A stretch of DNA of 11,420 nucleotides from a virus (IMGVR_UViG_3300028902_000418:1-11420), one strand, 5' to 3'; counted from the first letter of the stretch, positions 1 through 5,146 are shown. A program made the numbers and translations. Notes: a model not told the origin generated them from the letters alone.

Positions 1-141
1 CAAGCCCAGGTAACGAACGGCTTACCGTGTCCCTCGGTCCGTTCCTTGTGGGCCTTGCTCTCGGCCGCTAGTTTCTGCTGCTGCGCCTCAATGTCCTGCA
101 ACGTGGCCGGCTTGGTTGGTGCCTTCGCCTTAAGCTCGGCC
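1..141. repeat. Terminal overlap copy 1, identical to 11280-11420 (circularisation signature)
   Basis: Base-by-base comparison: caagcccaggtaacgaacgg...ccttaagctcggcc occurs at both window ends. Confidence 0.97.
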
Positions 142-794
142 TTCACCGCAGCCAGGGCAGCGCGTGCGCTTTCCCTCGTCGCCTTTCCGTTCCTCAGCTC
201 GTGCACCAGCTTGTTGCACGCTGGCACGTTCATGGCGGCCAGGTGGTTCACGATGTTCAGGATTTCCACGTCCTCGGTGATTCCGTCCTCCATCAGATGA
301 CGTGCGGTGATGCAGTAATCCGGGTGCGACAACGCCAGGCGCTTGGATACCCAAGCCGGCGACTTCTTCACCACGGCGCAAACCGCTGCAACGCTCTTAA
401 GCTTGTTGTGCAGTTCCCGGATCGCGTCCACCTGGTCGGCTAGGTCCAAGTCCTCCCGCTGGATGTTCTCTGCGAGCTGGTTGACCAGACGGTCGGCCGT
501 GCTGGTCTTAACGACCGTGGCCGGGATCATCTTTTGACCAAGTAACTTGATAGCCCGGAAGCGCCGTTCGCCCAAGGTCAGTAAGTAGCGTTCATCGCTA
601 ATCGGTGTGACTTCGACCGGCTGCCGTAGCCCTCGGGCCTCGATGTCGGCCGCGAGTTCGGCAATGGAGGCGTTATCGAACTGTTTTCGCACCTGGGCTA
701 GCACCTCGATTCGGTCAATGGGGATCAACAGGATTTCCGCAATGGCTTTTGGCGGGGGGAGGGCTTTCGCTGGCGAAACTTTCTTGGTGGTCAT
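1..794 (-). CDS. ParB/Srx-family (ParB N-terminal domain plus HTH) protein, N-terminal 5' part. The gene continues across the circular junction into 11279..10967, 368 aa in total
   Basis: Manual translation of the minus strand from ATG 794-792 (GAGGA 6 nt upstream; alternative ATG at 800) is open to the window edge: MTTKKVSPAKALPPPKAIAEILLIPIDRIEVLAQVRKQFDNASIAELAADIEARGLRQPVEVTPISDERYLLTLGERRFRAIKLLGQKMIPATVV...KSPAWVSKRLALSHPDY... It has the ParB-box architecture, including the GERRFRA arginine patch. It is absent from the ORF track because no stop lies inside the window on this side. Confidence 0.85.
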   Translation of the reverse strand, partial: MTTKKVSPAKALPPPKAIAEILLIPIDRIEVLAQVRKQFDNASIAELAADIEARGLRQPVEVTPISDERYLLTLGERRFRAIKLLGQKMIPATVVKTSTADRLVNQLAENIQREDLDLADQVDAIRELHNKLKSVAAVCAVVKKSPAWVSKRLALSHPDYCITARHLMEDGITEDVEILNIVNHLAAMNVPACNKLVHELRNGKATRESARAALAAVKAELKAKAPTKPATLQDIEAQQQKLAAESKAHKERTEGHGKPFVTWA

Positions 795-796
795 GA

Positions 797-1000
797 TCAT
801 TCCTCAATGTGTTGTTGACGGTAGTGGTGGTAATCGTCCATGCACTCAAGCCCGAAGTCGTAGCCGGCGTTGTAAGCCTCCAGCGCAATGCCGGTCCGGT
901 CGTAAGGGTGGCGGTAGGGGTTGAACTCGGAACCGTCGTTTCGTCCCGTTTCGTAGTCCTGGTGGTTCGGGTGGCGCCAGTCGGCAGCGGGGTGGCTCAT
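797..1000 (-). CDS. Hypothetical 67-aa protein (MSHPAADWRHPNHQDYETGRNDGSEFNPYRHPYDRTGIALEAYNAGYDFGLECMDDYHHYRQQHIEE)
   Basis: ORF-track frame 797..1033. ATG 1000 is preferred because it forms an ATGA overlap with the upstream ORF stop, and its own stop overlaps the ATGATCATG start region of the ParB-like gene. No recognisable family. Confidence 0.5.
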   Translation of the reverse strand: MSHPAADWRHPNHQDYETGRNDGSEFNPYRHPYDRTGIALEAYNAGYDFGLECMDDYHHYRQQHIEE

Positions 1001-1215
1001 TGCAGTTCCCGTGCTCTCGAAGACGGGCAGCAAATACGGTCGCCGTCTATGTCGAAGCCGTAACTTGATCCCGTTAGTATCCAGTTAGGGGCGTCCAGGC
1101 TGTAGCCGTGCACGTCGTCGAACATGTTGAAGCCGTGTTCTGCTTTCAGGTCGGGCACTGAGTTGGTGTCTCCCGTCCTTGTCCACGGATTGTCTTTGTA
1201 GGCTTTCAGGGTCAT
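997..1215 (-). CDS. Hypothetical 72-aa protein (MTLKAYKDNPWTRTGDTNSVPDLKAEHGFNMFDDVHGYSLDAPNWILTGSSYGFDIDGDRICCPSSRARELQ)
   Basis: ORF-track frame 997..1326. The internal ATG 1215 is preceded by GGAGAA at 7 nt, whereas the annotated 1326 start has no SD and an Arg/Pro-rich low-complexity N-terminus. First gene of the minus-strand operon. Confidence 0.5.
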   Translation of the reverse strand: MTLKAYKDNPWTRTGDTNSVPDLKAEHGFNMFDDVHGYSLDAPNWILTGSSYGFDIDGDRICCPSSRARELQ

Positions 1216-1481
1216 AGCTCGGTTCTCCAATGGGTTTGACTTCCACAACGCACCCCCGGCGGAGGGGCGGGACTTTCGCCAAAAGGAACGGAGGGGGCGC
1301 GGGGTAGGCGGCTTGCAAGTCGGCATGCCAGCGGGGGCAGTCCGGCGAACGGAATAAAGGCTTCATCTTTATGCCGGATCGCCGGCCGCTGGCGGGACGG
1401 CTTGCCGTTTAGGCCGCCTGCGCCCCTGGAGTGGGATGAAGGCCCGCCCCTTTGCCGGGGTACGCGCGCAGCGCCATTCTT

Positions 1482-1515
1482 GCCCTGTCCTGCCCGGAGG
1501 GCGGGAGGACAGGGC
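1482..1515. other. Strong GC-rich stem-loop (about 14 bp with one bulge) in a noncoding region
   Basis: GCCCTGTCCTGCCCG-gaggg-CGGGAGGACAGGGC. 1482-1496 pairs with 1502-1515, and g1492 is bulged. There is no adjacent T-tract, so it is not a classic terminator. Confidence 0.7.
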
Positions 1516-1600
1516 GGAGCTTTCGTCACGCCTTGGCCGTTCGGCGGGGTAGCGTCGGCGCTGGATCTTCTGCCGGCGCTTCGCCGCGGTTGGCCTGGTC

Positions 1601-1639
1601 AATGCGATACAGGATCTTTTCCCGATCGCGTATCGCTTT
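1601..1639. repeat. Copy A of a 36-bp hairpin-forming direct repeat (partner at 10675-10713)
   Basis: 1604-1639 GCGATACAGGATCTTTTCCCGATCGCGTATCGCTTT versus 10678-10713 GCGATACACGATTGCTTTCCGATCGCGTATCGCTTT: 31/36 identical, including an uninterrupted 18-mer CCGATCGCGTATCGCTTT. Internal inverted arms 1601-1615 / 1625-1639 match at 12/15. Confidence 0.9.
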
Positions 1640-1850
1640 GATGCCGTTGGGCAAGGGATTGGAAGGGCCGCAGGTCCCGCAGGGATGAAACCCTGTAAAA
1701 GCCCGGTGCTGGAAGCATGCCCCCTGCATTAAAATCGGTGGATGCTCCCGCCCTGGGCGAACCTGCTGTGCAACCTCTACTACTTGAAACGGTATTGCCG
1801 TGCACCCGACCATGCCTGCCGTCGTCGAGCCTGGCGCAAAATCGCAGTCG

Positions 1851-1887
1851 AAAAAAAACGCCTTCTAAGCGAAGGCGTCTCTTTCTT
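1851..1887 (-). terminator. Rho-independent terminator of the repressor gene (potentially bidirectional)
   Basis: AAAAAAAA-CGCCTTC-taagc-GAAGGCG-tctctttctt. Perfect 8-bp stem ACGCCTTC/GAAGGCGT (1858-1865 / 1871-1878) with a 5-nt loop. On the minus strand it is followed by a run of 8 T, 30 nt downstream of the repressor stop. Confidence 0.85.
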
Positions 1888-1916
1888 GGAACTGCACCTG
1901 GTCTGTCGATACTTGA

Positions 1917-2429
1917 CTAACCCGCGCAACCAAAACGCGGCATTAAGGCTCCGAGCCTACCGATCACAGCTCGTCCTATTTCCCTGAGCTTGCCCCGAAT
2001 AGTTGACATAATGCCAAATGTATAAACCTGTGAACCCTGCAACGGCGCGGGTTGCGGGGCAGGGGATGACACTTTAAAAGTGTCAACGCTGGCGGCTTCG
2101 GCGTTCGTTGGGGCAGCCGTCCCGATAGTCGCAGCCGCTGCACTCGCAATTAACCAGGTCGCCGCCTTCCGTGGTAGATCGAGGACAAAAGGGGCAAATA
2201 CCGCCCTTTTCTCGGGATTCTTCTCAGTGACCAGTTCCGAGGCCGCGACCACAATCTTTTCGTCTATGCCGAGGATCGCCGCGAGCTTGTAGCACGCGGC
2301 GACAGGCAGGCCGCGCCTTCCGGCTTTGGCCGACGTTAAAACGTCGGGATGTACGCCTATTACTTTCGCCATAGCCTTTTGATCTTCATGGCGTTTCGTG
2401 GCTTCCTCGATCATGTCGCGCAGGTTCAT
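1917..2429 (-). CDS. Phage repressor-like helix-turn-helix protein (170 aa)
   Basis: N-terminus MNLRDMIEEATKRHEDQKAMAKVIGVHPDVLTSAKAGRRGLPVAACYKLAAILGIDEKIVVAASELV has the layout of a Cro/CI-type HTH. It is transcribed divergently from the replication/morphogenesis genes, as in temperate inoviruses. GGA-type SD lies upstream (aaggatgaataaATG). The C-terminal half is Ala-rich with no recognisable domain. Confidence 0.7.
   Translation of the reverse strand: MNLRDMIEEATKRHEDQKAMAKVIGVHPDVLTSAKAGRRGLPVAACYKLAAILGIDEKIVVAASELVTEKNPEKRAVFAPFVLDLPRKAATWLIASAAAATIGTAAPTNAEAASVDTFKVSSPAPQPAPLQGSQVYTFGIMSTIRGKLREIGRAVIGRLGALMPRFGCAG
2067..2085. repeat. Inverted repeat TGACACTTT-a-AAAGTGTCA (9-bp arms), function unknown
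   Basis: Read directly. It lies inside the 3' half of the repressor ORF, next to an unusually AT-rich stretch (1998-2030). Confidence 0.8.
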
Positions 2430-2447
2430 TTATTCATCCTTGATCGC

Positions 2448-2477
2448 TTGACAGCAGGCAAAAGTGCCTGCTATGGT
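2448..2477 (+). promoter_or_regulatory. Candidate sigma70 promoter for the rightward (replication/morphogenesis) operon, with an embedded operator palindrome
   Basis: TTGACA (2448-2453), 18-nt spacer, TATGGT (2472-2477). The spacer is almost entirely the perfect inverted repeat GCAGGCA-aaag-TGCCTGC (2454-2471). It sits 19 nt from the divergent repressor start codon. Confidence 0.55.
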
Positions 2478-2565
2478 TCTGGCAGTCAACTTTGCCGGCC
2501 GCCTAATTTGTCGGTTCGCCGGCACTCTGCACCACCAGAGCCGTTCACGTCAAGGGGGAACACAG

Positions 2566-2922
2566 GTGTTAAACCTGGTCGAACGCTGCAAAGGAACGAT
2601 TTACGAGGGCCTAGCCCTGCACGAACGCCCGGCGCAGGGCGTTTCACCATTTCCATACCTGAGCCTGTCCGAGCTGATCGAACTCTGCTCGAAGCCCTAC
2701 CCGCCGTTTCAAGGCGGCCGCCCGGATCGCGCCCAGAAGGTGGGGGCCGCCCGCAGCGCCGAAGGCGCGAGGACGGCCCCCACCTCGGGCGGCCGGTCGG
2801 AAATAGCCGACCGCCAGCTAGGGTTATTCGACCCTGAAAAGCTTTACGTGCTAGTTACACGTAAAGTTAGTCTCACTCCTGAGACTTTTAAGACAATACC
2901 TGAGCGGGGGATAGGGTCATGA
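2566..2922 (+). CDS. Possible 118-aa hypothetical protein upstream of the replication gene (alternatively noncoding origin or leader region)
   Basis: GTG 2566 is preceded by AAGGGGGA. The mid-portion has GC-rich third positions, and the stop forms an ATGA overlap with the pII-like start at 2919. Against it: no recognisable domain, and the 3' third is occupied by four stem-loops. Confidence 0.3.
   Translation: MLNLVERCKGTIYEGLALHERPAQGVSPFPYLSLSELIELCSKPYPPFQGGRPDRAQKVGAARSAEGARTAPTSGGRSEIADRQLGLFDPEKLYVLVTRKVSLTPETFKTIPERGIGS
2738..2886 (+). other. Cluster of four consecutive stem-loops immediately upstream of the replication-initiator gene (candidate origin or packaging-signal region)
   Basis: (1) 12-bp stem 2738-2749 / 2774-2785 (AGGTGGGGGCCG/CGGCCCCCACCT) with a nested GCGCC-gaa-GGCGC. 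(2) CGGTCGG-aaatag-CCGACCG, 2794-2813. (3) CTTTACGTG-ctagtta-CACGTAAAG, 2842-2866. (4) AGTCTCA-ctcc-TGAGACT, 2869-2886. Confidence 0.6.
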
Positions 2923-3935
2923 AACCCTGTTCCCGCGTTCCGGTTTTTGTCGATTGGGTGACCATGCGGCAGGATCATGGCCAGGATGGCGCACCCATCA
3001 TTAACGGTGGCCAGGTCATCACGGTCGACTCGGATGGATCGGTCGACTACGTGGTGGAACGCCGTAGCGGCCTCGAAGGGTCGTTTGATTCCCGGTGTGA
3101 TGTCCGGTCGGATGGCTCCGTCGTGGAGTTCTCCGGAAATATCTCTCGCTTCAATCGACGTGACAACCTGTTCGGCTATGACTGGCCGGAAACCGTCCGC
3201 CGGATTAATTCCCTTCTGAACCTGTATTCGCTGCCGCCGTTCTCGGCCGGAAAGCTGTTCCGCTTCGCCGATGCGGGATGGACTTGGACAGGTGCCAGGG
3301 CGTCGCGGATTGACGTGACCATGAACCGGACGTGTTTTACAGAAGAGGGCGGCCAGGTCGTTCTAAAGGGATTGGCCGCGCAGCACGTCGGGCGGCAGAA
3401 AGGCGTTCTCTCGCCCGATGGCGCAACGGTGGCTTACGGCACCGGCAGCAAATACGTCTACGGAAAGGTCTACTCCAAATATGCCGAAATGCTGGCGCAT
3501 CGTCGGCGTCGCAGCGGTGCCCATGTCGATGATGAAGTCATCGAGTTTTGCCGGGCGCATGGGGTGTTGAGGGAAGAATTTACGCTGAAGTCACGTTTTC
3601 TGACTCAGCGGCAATGCGCGTATCTAGGGGCTATCGATCAGGACTATCTGACTAGCATTTTTCTGGAACGCACGCAGTTTAGGAGGTTCGAGCAAATGAA
3701 ACATGACAAATTCGACGATCTGCCGCGCCATCTTCGCGCGACGTATGTCTCGTGGCGCGATGGCTTGCCGCAAGGGATTAGCAGGGCGACCTTCTACAAG
3801 CATCGGACCAAGCTACTTGAATACGGCGTCGACATTTCGGTTCCGAATAATGTCCTTCGGATGCCGGTGAGGATTCGCACGGTCGATGTTGCCGCGCTGG
3901 AGGCTCCCGCCTGGTATCGCCAGCGGTACGGCTGA
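2919..3935 (+). CDS. Filamentous-phage replication initiation protein (pII-like rolling-circle initiator, 338 aa)
   Basis: First large gene of the rightward operon. N-terminal ...VPVFVDWVTMRQ... resembles the xDWxT start of gene II/CRI-type initiators. The C-terminal segment LRATYVSWRDGLPQGISRATFYKHRTKLLEYGVDIS resembles the phage-X-type tail. Synteny: it is immediately followed by the ssDNA-binding and coat genes. GGGGGA SD lies 7 nt upstream. Confidence 0.75.
   Translation: MKPCSRVPVFVDWVTMRQDHGQDGAPIINGGQVITVDSDGSVDYVVERRSGLEGSFDSRCDVRSDGSVVEFSGNISRFNRRDNLFGYDWPETVRRINSLLNLYSLPPFSAGKLFRFADAGWTWTGARASRIDVTMNRTCFTEEGGQVVLKGLAAQHVGRQKGVLSPDGATVAYGTGSKYVYGKVYSKYAEMLAHRRRRSGAHVDDEVIEFCRAHGVLREEFTLKSRFLTQRQCAYLGAIDQDYLTSIFLERTQFRRFEQMKHDKFDDLPRHLRATYVSWRDGLPQGISRATFYKHRTKLLEYGVDISVPNNVLRMPVRIRTVDVAALEAPAWYRQRYG
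3696..3935 (+). CDS. Candidate pX-like protein from an internal in-frame start within the replication gene (79 aa)
   Basis: AGGAGG (3681-3686), the best SD match I noticed in the window, lies 9 nt upstream of the in-frame ATG 3696 (3696-2919 = 777 = 3 x 259). This is analogous to Ff gene X nested in gene II. Confidence 0.45.
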   Translation: MKHDKFDDLPRHLRATYVSWRDGLPQGISRATFYKHRTKLLEYGVDISVPNNVLRMPVRIRTVDVAALEAPAWYRQRYG

Positions 3936-4000
3936 ACGGTTCTTCGCGCCCGGATTCGCCGCACGGGGTAACGCGTAAATAGGCGACAAGGAGATTCAAA

Positions 4001-4312
4001 ATGGGTATCGAAAAAGTGAAAGTAACGGGCGTCAAGTTCTTCAAGGATTCCATTGACGGCAAGATGATCGACAGCGGCAAGGTGTTTATCGAGGAGGCGC
4101 TCGATTTCACCACCAAGCGGGCGAAGGGCTACGCAACGCAGGAATACAGCGTCGGCAGCGCCGAAGTCGCACAAGGGCTCATGCATAACGAGTTCCCGAT
4201 CATCGCCGAAGTTGAATTCCTGCGTGTGACCAATGGCGATGTTTCCAAGAATATCGTTACGTCGGTCCGTCCGGTCGAAAGCGGCGCGCCTCGCGGTAAG
4301 GCGGCTGCGTAA
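4001..4312 (+). CDS. Probable ssDNA-binding protein (pV-like, 103 aa)
   Basis: Size and position (between the replication gene and the coat genes) match inovirus gene V. Strong SD in the motif GGAGATTCAAA-ATG, which is shared with the major coat gene. The sequence itself is not recognisably assignable by eye. Confidence 0.55.
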   Translation: MGIEKVKVTGVKFFKDSIDGKMIDSGKVFIEEALDFTTKRAKGYATQEYSVGSAEVAQGLMHNEFPIIAEVEFLRVTNGDVSKNIVTSVRPVESGAPRGKAAA

Positions 4313-4476
4313 TGCGCTGGTCGCTGTCCTTCGAGTATGGCTCCAACCGTCAAGGTGTCAGCGGTGATGACGGTTTGGAGCCTGGCGGCCAGCCTGACGG
4401 CTCGTATTTCCTTTGGCTGTTCCTTTGTCTGCTCATCGCTAGCGGCATGGGGCCTGACGAAAAGGAAATTCTCTAA
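4312..4476 (+). CDS. Small hydrophobic protein, 54 aa (below the ORF-track cut-off); candidate minor virion or assembly protein
   Basis: MRWSLSFEYGSNRQGVSGDDGLEPGGQPDGSYFLWLFLCLLIASGMGPDEKEIL. TAATG stop-start overlaps at both ends (4310-4314 and 4474-4478). One predicted TM segment. Confidence 0.45.
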   Translation: MRWSLSFEYGSNRQGVSGDDGLEPGGQPDGSYFLWLFLCLLIASGMGPDEKEIL

Positions 4477-4826
4477 TGCCCTTCGCTTACGCCGGTCACT
4501 GCTACGCCACTGCCGGCGAAGCGTTAAAGGCATTCCAAAAAACCTTCCCGATTCTCGGGGATACGACGTGGCAATGGCATACGTCCTCAAGCATCAATGC
4601 GTCGGGGTTGATCACCTACAACCTGAACACCAAGCCGACCACCACGAACACGGTGTCGGCCAGGACGGGAACGATGCAGCTTGCGAGCTGCGCAACGCCC
4701 GATGCAGCGGTCTTTGATCCGGTGGCAGCGGGGGGCGTATTCGCCTTCTTCTTCCTTGGCGTGGCTGGCACCTGGTATCTCGCGCAAAACCTCGGCTTGA
4801 TTCTCGAAGCCGTCAAGAAGTGGTAA
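4476..4826 (+). CDS. Hypothetical membrane-anchored protein, 116 aa (C-terminal TM); possible minor coat or assembly protein
   Basis: ORF track. SD AAAAGGAAA upstream. C-terminal hydrophobic helix GGVFAFFFLGVAGTWYLAQNLGLIL. Located just upstream of the major coat gene. Confidence 0.6.
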   Translation: MPFAYAGHCYATAGEALKAFQKTFPILGDTTWQWHTSSSINASGLITYNLNTKPTTTNTVSARTGTMQLASCATPDAAVFDPVAAGGVFAFFFLGVAGTWYLAQNLGLILEAVKKW

Positions 4827-4891
4827 CGATTTCCGGCAAGGTTGCCGAAACCGGCGCGGCGGTATCCGCGCACTAGTGGGAGATTCAAACC

Positions 4892-5131
4892 ATGAAACTG
4901 CAATTTCGTTCGCTGCGCAATCGCACCATCGGCCAAGCCGGTGTTGTCGCCTCCGCCACCATCCTGGCTCAACAGGCGATGGCTGCCGGTCCCGACCTCT
5001 CGACCGTGACCGCTGCTGTCGACTTCGGCACCGTTACCACTGCCGTGCTCGGCGTGGCGGCGGCGCTGATCGTCGTCTACATCGCCTGGAAGGGCGCCAA
5101 GATGGTGATTGCTGCGGTTAAGGGCGGCTAA
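4892..5131 (+). CDS. Major coat protein (pVIII-like), 79-aa precursor with signal peptide
   Basis: MKLQFRSLRNRTIGQAGVVASATILAQQAMA / AGPDLSTVTAAVDFGTVTTAVLGVAAALIVVYIAWKGAKMVIAAVKGG. It has an Ala-x-Ala cleavage site and a 48-aa mature peptide with an acidic N-terminus, hydrophobic core and Lys-rich C-terminus, which is the classic inovirus coat layout. Strong SD GGGAGA; terminator directly downstream. Confidence 0.9.
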   Translation: MKLQFRSLRNRTIGQAGVVASATILAQQAMAAGPDLSTVTAAVDFGTVTTAVLGVAAALIVVYIAWKGAKMVIAAVKGG

Positions 5132-5146
5132 TCATCGATGCCGTTT

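Noticed and set aside
46-924. Track ORFs 46..300+, 130..381-, 201..443+, 343..537+ and 607..924+
   Set aside because: All lie inside the continuous 794..1 minus-strand ParB-like frame, antisense or off-frame to it. They are low-complexity Ala/Arg/Ser-rich shadows typical of GC-rich coding DNA.
797-1000. Possible Rmf/CrpP-like motif (EAYNAGYDFG) in the 67-aa protein
   Set aside because: The resemblance is a few residues, and the order of motif elements does not match what I recall of that family. It is too weak to call without an HMM search.
1261-1304. G-tract cluster (GGGG, GGG, GGGGG, GGGG) as a potential G-quadruplex
   Set aside because: The central loop is about 21 nt, outside the canonical quadruplex definition. 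G-runs are expected in DNA of this composition.
1085-1688. Overlapping ORFs 1085..1366-, 1212..1529-, 1369..1602-, 1402..1641+ and 1452..1688+
   Set aside because: They are mutually overlapping in several frames, Arg/Pro/Gly-rich and lack SD sequences. They run through strong hairpins. Treated as noncoding GC-rich DNA.
1526-1813. 95-aa minus-strand ORF whose C-terminus (…IKAIRDREKILYRIDQANRGEAPAEDP…) looks protein-like and resembles the out-of-frame peptide across repeat copy B
   Set aside because: It has no SD at any candidate start and an implausible N-terminal half. The similarity is explained by the 36-bp DNA repeat itself. Kept only as an alternative explanation (gene relic) in the repeat finding.
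2330-2347. Inverted repeat CCGACGTT-aa-AACGTCGG inside the repressor HTH coding region
   Set aside because: It is short, sits in well-supported coding sequence and has no second copy. Probably coincidental.
2349-2837. 162-aa plus-strand ORF
   Set aside because: It starts antisense inside the repressor gene and is Arg/Pro/Gly-rich. It is out of frame with the better-supported 2566..2922 candidate.
4129-4972. ORFs 4129..4590-, 4337..4717+, 4587..4787- and 4616..4972-
   Set aside because: They are antisense or off-frame shadows of the tightly coupled plus-strand genes 4001..4826, with no independent start signals.
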